Source: Haliotis cracherodii (Eukaryota). Taken from it: a stretch of 64,000 nt of DNA. The position numbers and the translations under genes are program-made. The notes under the pieces were generated by a model that was given only the letters and a program-made list of their open reading frames with translations, was not told the DNA's origin and made no database searches. The first letter of the stretch is position 1; every line of letters starts with the position of its first letter. The stretch lies in NCBI RefSeq assembly GCF_022045235.1, contig NW_027266274.1, forward strand, positions 15,128,001 through 15,192,000. The letters run 5' to 3'. This document shows positions 33,498 through 48,069 of the stretch, in pieces.

Positions 33498-35985
33498 TAT
33501 ACTATGTATGTAACATAATTGTGTTGTTTATAACAACCTCAAATTCATCAAAGCTAATAAAAACGTTTCTTGCACATTATTGTCTTTGAACCATATATAT
33601 GTCAATGCATGGTTATAGTAATATTATCCTTGGTGGGAAGAGATCGCGAGAAGGATGCCTCCTGTTCACAAGCATTTAATCACAGGTTATATCACAGCAT
33701 CGACTGCTCTAAACCGAAAGTGGCTTTGCTGTACTCCTCACTCTTGGAACATCATTGCCCACTTTGGTTACGTACAGTATACTATGGACTGCCTGGATAC
33801 AGTGTCGGTGTTATTACCACGTCTCTTAAGACAGTGCATTCGTACCTGACGGATAGATAGACTCCAACCAGTGATTGATTAGAGTTACTGCCTCATAGTG
33901 AGTGAGTGGGTATGGTTTTACGCCGCTTTTAACAATATTCCAGCAATATCGCTTCACACATTATACCCATGTCCGGAATCGAACCCGGGTCTTCGGCGTG
34001 ACGAGCGAACGCTTTAACTACTAGGCGACCCGACCGCCCCTACTGCCTCAGAGGAATAGTGGACATGATTGATCTGATATATCTGTCCTTGGATCTGGTT
34101 TACACTTTGTCTACCAAGCAACAACACTCTCAACATATAACTGTTTGCTGCGAAAAATAGGATCCTGAACAATTGAACTCGAATATTGAATGAGTGCTAA
34201 AGATACTCTTTCGGAAACTATGAAGATGATTACATAGGTAAATGTTATAGCCATCGAGGCGATAGCTGTAACCTTGTCTGGTCATGTTTTCTTTTTGAAG
34301 TGGACAAGACGCAGGGGATTGTTTCAAGTAGGCGGACACTGAAAATAACCAGAAAAACAAACGTTTTTACGAAAAGCTGTAGGGGAACGCCAGTATCGTA
34401 CATACTGTTCTTTTTGCCAAAAATAAACTAGTTTGTCAAGAATTCACAGTATGATATGAAATCTTACAGAAGCACAACACAAGAAGGGAATTATCTCTAC
34501 CGGAAACTTTGCTAATTGTCAAAATGTAGTGATGAAAATAGCGTGGCGTTCTTGAAGATCCCACTATTGATCACCAGTCTGTTGGTAAAACATGTTCATT
34601 TAATGGCTATTCAAATGAATAAATGGGCAGCGATTTCTTATACAACTTAATGACATCAACATAATCCATATTATTATCGATCCCAGGTATATTCTGTTTT
34701 AAACATATTCACCCGAGTTAAAAACGAATTCCTATATTATGTCAAGGTCAGTTTTCTTGTTATAGTTTCAAGTGATTTTAACATAGTAACATGTCTGGTA
34801 CCGTGTACGCTTACTTATCTGTAATTAATATCAGCCACTTAATCCCATCACTGCATACCTGGGTACCCAACATAGGTTCACACAGTCCAGAATACTTAAA
34901 CATGTACCTTTTGACGCAATTCAGGTTTTTATGCACCGAAGGCAGTGCATACATGAACACGTAACAGCATGTAGTAAACCCAAAGAAAACCCTTATGTTG
35001 CGTATCGGGGTAGGCGTCAGATGTGCGTTCCTGTCAACAAAGCAACATAAGATTTAACTTGGGAAAGGAAAAGTACGTGTGGTAGTGCAGGGGTTACCTG
35101 TTTGTTGCCAGGTGTTTGAGAACCATTTCAACAGTGTATCGTGAGTTACAGCTTTCTTAAAGAAGACTTACTGTACCTAAACAGCAGTTTGCTTTCTGAA
35201 ACCAGACACATTAAGGTGATAATGTTTCGTGGATATATAGGGCCTTTGAATTAGTCTTTAAGTTTCTTGTATGACGTTTAACAATTTAAATATACCAGAC
35301 ATGTGCTTTTGGACGGCAACACAATTAGGTTCAACTAAGCAGAATCCTATTCAACTATGGATTGTATAACATAAAACTCTTAATACATTATCCGTACGGA
35401 GTGACATGGATATTTTGTATCTGAAATCTCCTCACCCTATTTTAAGGAATATTTTCTTAAGTATTTGCTTGCACGCTCCTTTACACTTCTGCTTAGTACA
35501 TATCTAACTGAGATGTAGACACCAAATCCTGAGCCATGTGTATACTTTGAGACACGTTGTGATGATAAAAGTGGATTCCGATTTGACACAATTCATTAGG
35601 GCAATGATAACAAAGTTGTGCAATCGTGCCTGATTTGATTGAACAAGTGCTTCATCTGTTTGTACTCTGTTTAGTGATCGCTCATGTTCCGAGCATTCGT
35701 TTTTTTCCAGCAGTGACCGTCAGTTGAGGTCAGTTTCAACATGGCTCACTTGAGAAACACGTTTCAGAATAAGTTTATTGTTTTCTGAAAAAGGCTTGTA
35801 TTCATGATAACATAACCGTGCTTATTTGTGTCAGAGCCTTTGTGATAAGTGGTAGGAACACGAAAATCCCTTAAGATCTGAAATCACCGTGTGTGGTAAA
35901 GTTTAAAGTAGGAACAAGTCATAAGAGTATGGGAGTATGCTTTAAACATGTCCCCGGCAACAGACTACATCGTGGCAACACACGC

Positions 35986-35991
35986 TATAAA
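35986..35991 (+). promoter_or_regulatory. TATA box candidate for the Cys-rich GPI gene
   Basis: TATAAA 78 bp upstream of ATG 36064. Confidence 0.45.
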
Positions 35992-36063
35992 GGTCCACGT
36001 CCCTCATGCTGACAGCGTGTACCACGGCGGAGTCTGGCCAGGCAACAACCAGGTGCATACAGG

Positions 36064-39000
36064 ATGTGGACGTTGGTGGTGTTCCCTCTGCTTTTATGTG
36101 AGTTGCATTTATCAGTCGTTTTTTTTAATATACACGAATGTTAGTTAACTACTCAGGCACCAAAATAATACACAGTAGGAAAGTGAGACTCGTATTATAT
36201 TTATTCAATTCGCGAAGAGTTTTGTATGAAATTTCCATTTTGTGTAATTTTCATTAATTTACATTTATGTGGTATTGTATATTTGTTAAATTATCACCTA
36301 CGCCAGGCCTTAAATGAAACCAGGTTAATATGGGACTTCCTCCTCGTATATTCATTATTTGAATGAATATCAAAACTTATCATTTTAAGAAACCAGTCTT
36401 GCTTGACAACGGTATAAGGATCTATACCGAAACGTCGCTTTTCACAGTATTAAAGAAGTTGTTATCCATAAAAATTGTGTGTATCTATGTTTTTTAAACG
36501 TTAAAACTACTAATATGGATGGACTTAATGTTTCTAGACAGATTTGTTTTTTCTACTTTTTTAGGCGTCTTCACGGTAGGTCATGTAGCTGCTGAAGCTT
36601 GTGATACCTGTACCGAAACCTACAACACTGCTACGTCATCCGCAGATTCAGATGAGAACTGTGCGTAAGTAGTATAATCAACTTTCGTATTGTCATTATT
36701 GGATACCATGAATACGATGAATCATATATTATCACTTCTCTCTACTGTCAACATACATGTATGTTGTATCCATGGATGTTACAGGTTAAAGTAACTCTAC
36801 ATACAAATATATGACAGCTTTACAAATTCCAGACATTTTGAGTTTGTCGAAATAGGACAAATGTGTTATGAAAAGCGTATGTTTCAGACACCTGAAAACA
36901 TACTTGGATTGTCTCGAGACAGCAGCAGGAACATCTGCTGGATGTGACTTGGCAGCAACTCAAGCCACGAAAATCAGTGACGCTGTTTGTGGTAAGCACT
37001 TGTGAAGTAGCGTTCGTCGTTGTAATTTGGTTTATAAACGTCTCAATATAATACTCGACAACCGCGAACATGAGGCAGACACAATTACACTGGTTGTAAA
37101 GTCTCTGTGGATATGCTCTCCTTCCAATGTGCATTCCCAATTTGAATATGAATACTTATCTCGTCCATCTGTCAGTAATATACGTTGTACAACATCCCTC
37201 TGTTTTGCTTTAGTTGTATGAATAGGAATCACTGTGATCAAAGGAGAACGAGAAACTCGCTCTTGTTTCCTGGTTTAGTTTCAGTATCTAACAAAAATAT
37301 CCAATCGCTGTTTCCTTGTATGCCTTTCATCTCGCACATCTCGAAATTCAGTTTATATTCTGTACAGGAGAACGTCTGTGCCTTTTTCAGTTTCAGCTAC
37401 CTCCAGTATATCAGATCTGAATCATATCTGTATGAATGTACTCTAACTGTATCATGTTGTATCTTAATTTTATGACAAAAAATCAGTTCGGCAATTTTGG
37501 AAATGAATGAAACAGAAGGATTCCGTAAATGTCCCTGTTCTGATTTTAGACCCAGTTTTGGAGTCGCCCTGTACATGCCAAAAGACATTCTGGGCAAGCG
37601 ATCTATCCGGGAACAACGCATGCGGGTAAGTTTTCATATACTCTTCAACAATGTAAGATTAACATAATACATGTATTGACATATGTTTGCATATAGAAAC
37701 ATTATCGTCTCCATACATTCACATCTCATGTCAGCGGACAGCCTCCGTGGTCTAGTGGTAGAGCGTCCGCCCGGAGAGCGGAAGGTCTGGGATTCGATGC
37801 CCGGCCGCGTCATACCAAAAGACGTTAAAGGATGGTACTTGTTGTTACCCTATCTGGCGCTCGGCATTAAGGGGCTAAAACAAGGACTGGTCGGCTCGGA
37901 GTCAGTATACTGTGTCTGTGTGGGGTATCCATGTTAAACTGCGGCATGGTATCTCAGGGAGTTAGCACTATAAATCGGCATCAGTCCGGACTAGTACAAG
38001 CAGCCACACACACACACACACGTGCATGCACGTCGCTATATTAGTGCAATAATCTTGAACACGACGTTAAACCACATTTCACCTCACCTCATGTCAGCGA
38101 TTGTTTATTCGAAGTTACTTTCATGTAAGCATTATTGATATTACTTATATTTATATTATTAGTAACATAGCACACTGACATTATGTGATTTAGGCCGCTA
38201 GGGACCTACATCCAATGTCTCACTGACGCAGGAGAGAAAGATACATGCAAGACTGAAACCAAAGCCTCTGCTATCATAGACAAGCCCAAGGGGAGACTTG
38301 CAACTCTCACATGTAGTAAGTATCAGGCTGGTGGATAATGTCGAATGTCCATCTTGTACATTTAATTCAATTATATTCACACAATTTATATTTGCAGTTA
38401 ATAAAATGCTTTACGACAAGCAGCAAAAATACTGACAATTATTTTCTGATTTAAATCAATATAATATTCGTACGGAAATATACTTTGTTTCGGTTGAGAC
38501 TGTGTTCGCCTTATCTCTTCAACCAACAAGACGAAACATACATGTTGAAATATGAGAGATCCCATTTTGATGTTTTTATAGTTTGGTAAATACAGATGTC
38601 ATGTATCCCACTTTACGTGTGTTTCTGAAGCACAGAGATATTTTTTTTTATAAGTGAATACTTTTTTCTTGATCCTCATATACATTAATAAGACCTTACA
38701 ATGCCTACTAACAGTAGTAAGTTGTATTCGTCAGCGTTTGTCACGAACATTCGAAAATCTGTGTAGTGTGATATGGTATTAATTTTTCCTTTACGGAAGT
38801 GTTTACTTGACATTTACACCCTCTACTAACTGTACATGTCCGTACTTAGAGGCCTTTAGTTATTGAAAGCGAAGGATAGATTGCACGCTCTGTATCAGTT
38901 TTACATATACTCCATAAAGTGCAGTTCCCATAAAACCAAGCATAACGTACTCGACACACTGCTAGGACACAAAACAGGTCTAAACTATGAATGGAACTCA

Positions 39001-39737
39001 CACAAAAACTTAATACACTTATTATCAAGGTTTATAGCAGTAGATGGACAATTAGAGATTAAGTCGGAGTTCATGTTCTTGCTATCACAACAGTCAGTTT
39101 TAGATTTTGGTAATGAAGGTTGTTCGTCCAAACAGCATACATGTATTCGATATTATACATGGCTTTGATTATTTTTTATATAAGAAATCTAGTAATAAAG
39201 TTGTTACCTATTCATGTATCAATGACATAAGATATCCGTGAAGTAACATGCAAATATTGTTTTTGTCACATCATATGACGATATATTTTCCTATCTTTGA
39301 AATCAAACAAATATCAGTAGATTTGTGATAGTGCATATACAATATGCTTGTGAGACTTTCAATATGCAGATGTTGATGATTCACTGTCAAATAGTACTAA
39401 GCATGTCCTACCTCACCGGTGGTTCCTGTCATAAACACATGCAAAGGCAAATAAATTGTTAACCGGAACAAACACGAAACATATGGTCATGGGGACGTAA
39501 GTTTTGAGTCGGTTTCACTGGTATCTATAGTTTCTAGAACAGGTGGGTAAATCAGTGGAAGGTAATGGGCCATTTGAATAATATATCTAAAGCTTAAGTT
39601 AAACTTCTTGGCACCATACAAATGAGTGTAATATATTTAATATTTTCTGTTGTGCAGATGCTGCAGTTTCCACCCTGAGGATGTACACTGCGACCACTGT
39701 TGTTCTCCCCTTCGTCCTGATGGCGTTTCTTCTTTAA
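36064..39737 (+). CDS. Uncharacterised 171-aa signal-peptide, probably GPI-anchored Cys-rich protein with two internal repeats
   Basis: Exons 36064-36097, 36565-36664, 36888-36991, 37550-37625, 38194-38315, 39658-39737 (516 nt, all GT-AG, intron phases 1-2-1-2-1). MWTLVVFPLLLCVFTVGHVAA-EACDTC...CAHLKTYLDCL...C-DPVLESPCTC...CGPLGTYIQCL...C-NAAVSTLRMYTATTVVLPFVLMAFLL*. AATAAA at 40136. Confidence 0.8.
37736..38090 (+). mobile_element. tRNA-derived SINE family C; core resembles the Meta/MESC domain
   Basis: A/B boxes; CCGGCCGCGTCATACCAAAAGACGTTAAA...GGCATTAAGGG core; TSD CTCATGTCAGCG; copies near 10700-10925, 47460-47552 (-) and 61130-61452 (-). Confidence 0.8.
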
Positions 39738-40899
39738 CTCACAATGGATACTTTTAAAATGTAGTTGTATTTGAGTGTTTGTGTCTGGTCTGCATTAAAA
39801 CGTCACACTAAACGACATTCTGAATGAATCGTAATCATAACAATGATAAGTTCGGTGTTATACGATGTGTCGATTTTCATTGTCATTTCGATGAACTTAA
39901 GATGCTACAAACTTACTAAGGTGGCAAAACGACTCGTATTCAACTTATTTAGGCCCACCTGATGACGTTTTCTGATGACGTGGTTCTCCCCAAAAAGACC
40001 ACCGACACATAGAAAATGCCATCAACCCTTTAGACACTTTGATAGCAGAATAATAGTTTAGTGTTGTCATGATTTCCTTGAAATATGCAAGATGTGTCTT
40101 ACACGAATGTACTAATCCACCAGAAAATATTTTGGAATAAATTGCTATACTGGCTAAGATTGCATTATGTTATCAGCACTGCATCTATGGGAAAGAGTGA
40201 GTGAGTATGGGTTTTACGCCGCTTTTAGCAATATTCCAGCTATATTACGGCGGGGGACACCAGCAATGGGTTTCACACATTGTACCCATATCGGGAATCG
40301 AACCTGGGTCTTCGGCGTGACGAGCGAACGCTTTAACCACTACACTACACATAATATATGGTAAGTTATTGCTGACAGGTGGTCTTGTTGGGTAGTCATC
40401 ATCTGTACCATTCACAAGCAGCGTGACCACATGATACCTGTTCTAAACTATTGCTGCAAGGAGGAACTGTAGACTTTACCTTCCTACATATGTTTACTGC
40501 TTTGGTGAAACCCAGGACCATGCGTATGGAGCTTATATCAATGGACTACAATGGGGGCGAATCTATGGTTCAAACAGCACATCTGGTTTGAACAGTTCCT
40601 GCAAGAAGTAAAATACATACGACCAATCATTCACAGCAATCAGGAAAACTTCAATCTTTTTGTCGTAACTAATATTCATGCGATGTGTCAGCCGCTTTGA
40701 TTTGGTTCAGTTATCATGACAAGAATCTTCAAAACATCGGCTTTGTGATAAAAGAAATCATAGTGAGATGGTGTGTGCATCTTATACTTTTTCATACCGC
40801 TATCTTCACAAACAAAAGTCTGAAAAAAGCATGCCGACAGATAGTGAAAATAATGTATTGCATCAAACACCTGTTGGTCTCAGATGCGTCAAACTCGTA

Positions 40900-41700
40900 T
40901 ATGTCCTTCATTATTGAACGAGATCAGATTCTCTTCATTGGATTTTGCCAATCATGAACCGAGCAGACTCATATGCATAAAGAAACAGATCAGCAGGGAG
41001 AGGAGCACAATTGTTGTCCATTGGGATGCATACTTCTTGCCTAAATGTCCTATCCCTAAATTCTCATTGTCATCCATGAGAAAGTCCTTCATTGCATATA
41101 TTTTTTCTCCGGAAACTTCCCATGGCATTATGGCATTTTTTGTATGTTTTAACCTTTGAAGAAAAGTCACCACGTTTAGTAACCAATGAAGTTTTCCCTT
41201 AATTTTGTCGTGTGGGATAGTGGTGTTCAAAGGGGAAAAATCAATTGTTTTGACAGAATTGGACTTCGACTTCTCTCACATACTTTCTGTGAATATGAAG
41301 AAAGTCCTTCCTTGATGCTATTAGGGATTATGGTTGGCAGAGACAGGGATTTGCTGGAACTCACCAATATATATTTCTTTGTATGGTTTTGTATGGAGCT
41401 TTGGGATCCAGTACAAAGGATGAATGGACAAATATGTCTTCACGATTAGAAGCTAAGTCAAACGTTGATTGAACTGATGAATGGTTTTAGCATATTTCTT
41501 TCGCAATTAACATAGTTTGGATTAGTAGCAGGATTGCTTATTCATTGATCATTTGTTGTTGGACGGGATGCCTTCTACAGCCTCAAAATGGATGCAAGGT
41601 ACATCTGCAATTCTAGTCTAATGCCACCCCTTCCCTACTGATCTAGAGACAACCCTTACGAATTTAGAAAAGTTGTGCTTTATGAAGTGCAAGTATGGAA
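40900..41700 (-). mobile_element. Degenerate Penelope-like retroelement remnant
   Basis: Minus-strand LYWIPKLH-like motif near 41390-41420, similar to about 59120-59150; no intact frame. Confidence 0.45.
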
Positions 41701-44700
41701 TATAAACTTCCTTAATGTTTTAGAAAACGTCCTTTTGGTTCAGAGCCATATCTGTCCATGACATCACAGATTGATATCCAGAGTCCGCCATCGCCATCTC
41801 TGTTCTATTAGTAACATCGATCATCTCATGTACACACCTCCTTACTAACCGACTTTAATCAATCTGGTGTGAAATTAAGATGAATGTACTGAATACGACA
41901 CATCGTTTGTCAACATGATGTGCAAAGCTATCCGAGAGTAGGACCATCGCATAAAGATTTCATACCTCCTTACTAACCGACACTTACTTAAGTCAATCGT
42001 GTGGACGGCTTGACCACCTAAATATATCACTTCTGGTGAACAGCTTCACCGCTGATCATCTTTTACCTGACCGTGGACTTGCAAGGGATTCTTAGCATAA
42101 AGCAGTACATCTGAAAGATCCTATATGATGGTATATCTCAAAGAAATTGGTCTGTGTAAAAAGTCGTGAAAAACTGTAGTCATACATATTTGTATTCAAT
42201 ACTAAGCCGTAAAAGGCGACTATGCTTGTCTCGATTATTTTAGAGACCGCCGTCATATAGCTGGAACATTGCTGAGTGCGGCGTTAAACAACAAACCAAC
42301 CAGCCAACCAATACTAAGCAAGAGAGGATATTTGAAATCGATGTAATTCTTATTTGAAATAGCTATTTTACCTTCAACTTGCATACAGCATGAAAAGTCT
42401 CATTTTGCTTTTGAAGGCTTTTCGTATTTATCAACGTATTCACAAGCCAAATGTCCAACAGTATTCAGTTAGTAATACTGTGACTTTGGTTTTTGTTTGG
42501 AATGTCTTATTATTTTTAAAACGTTTTGCTTTTCTTGCATAAGCGTATAACACAATTTATTTGGGGGAGAGCATGTAATTAGAATTATAATAATCAGCAC
42601 ATAACTTGTGTCATGCCACTGACGGAGCTATGTTTACCGCATGCACATAATTACCAATCAGTCGAAACGCACCAAAGTCAGATATACACCAGATATAAGA
42701 TTTCATTCACAAGAACGAACAAATATGAATCTATACTTTTCTTACGTCAAAGTTTTAAAATTGACAATTATTGTCAAAAGTGAAATATCATATTCTCGAA
42801 CATGCATATTGACATTGGGTGTATTTTGCTATGGAGCATTTGTGCCATTGAAAGCGTGGTGAATTTAAATGTTGATTTCAAGTACCACGTCAGGGGGAAA
42901 GAAATGATTCACTCTCCATGCAAGATGGTCAGAAATATAGTATGTTGCACAGGCGACATGAAGGACGCTATGTGCAGTTTGCTTTCCATGGATTACTGTT
43001 ACACTGAGTAATCTGTTCGTGTCGAGACTACTTCAATTCAAAAGTAACTTAGTTAAGAATTTACTGCATCACTGAGTGTGAGCGGGGCAAAGTGTAAAAA
43101 GTGGGAACGGCTGTCTTCTGAATACAGAACAATTTATGGTTCTGAACAGTTGTGACGCATGGCAAATAAAACACTTGGCAGAGCTCAACTTTTAGTGCCA
43201 CCCTTTTCACGTTTGTGCCATGGATACTGTGGACATGCGCGGTCTTAATTGTACAGCTAGTGACTGGGAATATCTTTGTAGGGGGTGAATTTTAACAATT
43301 TAATGGCGTGTCCACACTTGCTTTTGAGATACTTAAACTTGGCATTGCCCCAGACAGTAAGTGAGTTGTCTGATATATTTAAGATCATATGGTTCACAGT
43401 TGTTTCACATATGACGTTGCTTCAAAACACAATTTCGAAATAAAGCTCCATTTCCATTGCTTTATACACACAAATACCGAAGGATATTGCGTCATTTTAT
43501 TAATATGTTGTCATATTGTGCCCATTTAATACAAATTGTTCAATAACAATGTTCCAAAATCTCACACACAAATGTTTTGAGACACTGTTTGTATGTTGTT
43601 GTTTAATGCCATAGTCAGCAGTTTTGTTTAAGATAATGAACCAGATATTGTTGTTTTGATGATAAGCATGTTCGAATGACGTCTTACACCGTCGGAGTAT
43701 GACGACATGCAATCCTCCACGACTTCGAGCCAGACTATACAATGCAATATAGTCGCTTAATTTGTATTCTAATGCTTTATGCTGTGATGAATATAAACAA
43801 GAAAAAGATGCCGTTTACACAATATAAAAATAAAATCATCAATTACTTTCCTCACTGCGTTTTATTGTCTATGTGTATAGTTATTTCTGGCCATCGGTTT
43901 TGAAGAAAGTCATCCTGTTAAAATCCATTCGAATTTGAGGTATTGCCAGTCTTGATTAGAATCTACATATATATTACATGTGCAAAGTTTTAACGACGCT
44001 TCTGAAGAAACTATACATGACCTCCAGACCATTAGGTTGTTGTTTACTCAAACTCGATTAAGGCCCACACAGACGGCATTGTATTTGCAAAGTTTTAACA
44101 TATGACCAGGGATTCTGAAAAGAAAGCTTGGCTCCTATAATTTAACAACCACACAAGTGACCCAAAAAGAGCATTTCTTTATTTTTTGGTTAATCTATTT
44201 ATTCCTTTTTCCATCATATTTTACATTTCGATATCATACATAGAGTATGCATGGATTTATTGTGACATTATTGGCATGTTTGTAGCATAGACAGATCAGA
44301 CATCATAGTTGTACAGAGTTTCTAAATAATACATGTAGAGAAGACCAGAAGGCATGGAACATGCATAATTACAAATTAAATATGCAATACAATCGAATTA
44401 TTTCTTTTTGAAAATGTAAAGACATTGGATTTACTTTTTTTCTATTAAATGTGTACAGCATAGATTTTGTTACCATAATTACTGCATTGAGTGAATTGTT
44501 ATTTTTCTCTTTAAATCCAAACAGTATGTGTTCATTACTAAAATTTATTCTGCCTTATGTATAGTTTCCAAGCCAATCTGAAAGTTCCATCCATATATCA
44601 GCAGCATAGTGACAATAACATAATAATTGAAGTGAGCATCTTCCCATACTTGATAAACACTCGCGTTCTTTAATAAAATTAAGTATCCTTTCACAAATGA

Positions 44701-46116
44701 AAACATATTTAGGACATAGTTTGTCAACTATGGCAACACGTGTATTGTCTGTAGTATCACTGTGGGGTTAGTGAGCAAACTGTTGATTTAGACATGTGTT
44801 CCGCTATGATAAGCAAATCACATTTTTCGAAATAGTGTAGGACATCATCTACTGCCCACGGAACACTTACATCTAAAAAGGTACAAAATATTTACTTGGG
44901 TATGACCAGAATAACGTCTCAATTTGAAATGTTTACTTCAATAAACTTAAATATGGTCGTCAGGCTACTTTAGTTAGATAAAGATTTTATTATTCTATTC
45001 TTCCAACTATCACTTTAACACCATTAAATCACTTCAGCGTACCTCTCAAGCGCTACGTGGGGGTCATACGACTGAATCACCCTCTCGTAAGTTCGCTTGT
45101 TGCTCAGCAAAATATAAAGGACCCAAAACATTTTGTGGCGCCTCCAACAGCAATAAATTGTTGTTACGTCATGTAATCTATTCGAGTTGTTTTTCCACTC
45201 GGCTTATCACCTTCAGTTCGGATGTATCTGAGTTCAGAATTACACCGAATTGCTGTGAGTTGGGCAAAATGTAAAAGGCGCAAACAAACGTCATGTTAGT
45301 GCAGGGCAATTTATCATTGTGTGCCACAGTTGTGACGCACAGACAAACAAAACACCAGGGTGGGGATAAGGGTTGAACCTATGCTTGTTAGATACGGTGG
45401 ATATGTTTAAATTTATGATGGCCATGTGCAAGGTGGACAAACAATATGTTTAAAAAATAGACATACTTGTATTGAGCCATTGAACAAGACATGTCTGTAC
45501 ATGGTTGTGTGATACTGGGAGTTGTTGAAGGAGATATAACCCACACTGTGAGTAATTTACTCTCTTAGTTTAACTATTCTTTAAGTTCCCTGCACCAGTG
45601 TGCATGTATGCTAACAGGGAAACGTCAACACCAGATAATAATCAGTCGTGATTGTCTGTCGAAATCAATTCCATAAGGCGTGACAGGCAAAATATTGTTG
45701 AAAAGTGTATAAATGAATCCCTTAAAGTGATTGATGACGCTTGGTCTTCGCGAACAGTTACACGATTAGTGATAGAGAATTCGACTGATTGATTTGTGAT
45801 ATTTCATATTGCTTATGGATTCGTACTTAGTTCAGGATGATTGAACTTGAACACTTCACATGCATCTAGCCATTTATATACGCTTTATACGTTCTAATTA
45901 CATACATTAATTATAGTTGGTTGTCAGTCTCTCAAACACTGTGCATAAATTTCACAACTTTCGCCAACAGTGCAACTTATGAATTTAAGTGAAATGCGTT
46001 AATCAATGCTTTTTACTGACGCAGTTGTCTTAAAGCCCCAGCACTGTTATCACAAGCTTTCTTTAAATAAATAAATCATTTTACTATTAAATGTAAAACC
46101 GTGTGGTATATATCGA

Positions 46117-46131
46117 CCCCCCCCCCCCCCC

Positions 46132-46200
<69 letters not shown>
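46117..46200 (+). repeat. Poly-C run plus (CA)n microsatellite
   Basis: Read directly from the sequence. Confidence 0.97.
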
Positions 46201-46203
<3 letters not shown>

Positions 46204-48069
46204 GTAGTATCTTGATGGAGGACAACTCTCATTGTTCTACCCCATATAAATCCTAAAACTAGTGCAGTGTTGGATTTACAGGCTCTGGGATAATCGTGGA
46301 CCATTTATTTGAAGAGCACCTCCTCAATGGCTGCTAGGATGAATGCTTGATTTTGTTAAAAAGGTTGCACGCTGTACAAATCTATGTGTTGAAATAACGT
46401 TCGTTGATGACTGCCATGCTGTGAATACCATGTAAACAGTTTTAAGATTTGAAGAACGATTTCTTCTTGCAAACATCACGTCTTTTGATCTTAATAAAAC
46501 TAACCTCGCAAACACAAAATAATAATCTTTATGTAAGGTCATTATTTAGTTTTATTACATTTATTACAAACAATCATATCACACACGATCCCACCAAGCA
46601 CTGTGAAGTGTCCTGGGAGTTAGAATTTCTGTTGTATTCATCTACTTAGAAATACTGAACCAAGTCAGTAATCTTCAAGCAGGGAAAATGTTGCATTAAC
46701 AATAGAACTATAAAATTGACATTATTCCGACCAACATACACACATGCATGCACGTTGCTAAATAAGTGCAATAATCTTGGACTCAACGTCAAACCCGATT
46801 TCATCTCACCCAATTATCACAGGGACAATGTAACACGTCAATCCTAAATTGGTGATAATGAGGACAGTAAGTCACTCACATGTTTCAATCAAGTGTTTAC
46901 CACAACGTGTGAGCTGAATACTTGAGGCAACACAAAAGTGATGCAGGTTTAAGAAATCTCATTTTTGTTTGATTATAAGTATGATGCATCTTCTGTCAAA
47001 CCCACCACCAACACATCCTAGCTAACCCAACCTTGCAAATCAAGTAACTGATTGTCCACAATGTTTCTAAATCTGAACGATGATTGTACTATTACACAAC
47101 AGTGTTGAAAATACACGGAAGTTAGATTCACCTTATGTAAGAAAAACAGACCATATATGCATTACTATCTACAGAAGTAGCAAATCTCCGACTGTATCAA
47201 AAGCATGTGTATCCATCCCTATCGGTGGCACCCATCACAAACTCGTGCAAAGGCAAGTCAATCCTTCACCTGAAGAACACGGGAACATATGGTATAAATC
47301 AAAGTAGGGAATTGAATAGGACATGATGTTTTGTTGCCGATTCGTCATATTTCGATACGCCCTACATATGTCTACCATTTGAAAGATTAATGCACTTATA
47401 CTAGTCCAGATTATTGCCGATTTTAAAGTGTTAACCAACTGAGATTCCATGTCGCATGTTCAATGTCTTTTGGTATGACGAAACCGGGGGTCGAACCCCG
47501 CGGATTCAACTCTCTAGGTAGATGCTCTACCGCTAGACCACGGAGGCGGTCTGTTACCTATAAGGAAGTACAGCACTTTATGTTTTCTTTTCTCAGTAAA
47601 CTTCTCATAACATTTGCTTTCATTTTTGACAAATTGTCTTGAACAAATGCATTAATTAAGAGGCACATGTAAATCACTGCCCCCTAATTACTAACAATAA
47701 AAACATACCGAATATCACATAGACACAGAACAAAGTGCCTCAATTATAATATGCATACTAGTTCGCTTCATTTTCTCCAATACAGACAATACTATAAATA
47801 TATGCAATAATATTATGTTAACTCTTGTCAAACAGACTTCTTCCTTTGTGTATTTTTGGGGCGGTCGGGTAGCCTAGTGGTTAAAGGGTTCGCTCGTCAC
47901 GCTGAAGACCCGGGTTCGATTCCCGACATTGGTACAATGTGTGGAGCTCATTTCTGGTATCCCCCGCCGTGATATTGTTGAAATATTGCTAAAAGCGTCG
48001 TAAAACCATATTCACTCACTCACTCACTTAGTGTATTTGCGATTTATTACTGAGTACAGCAGGATTATA

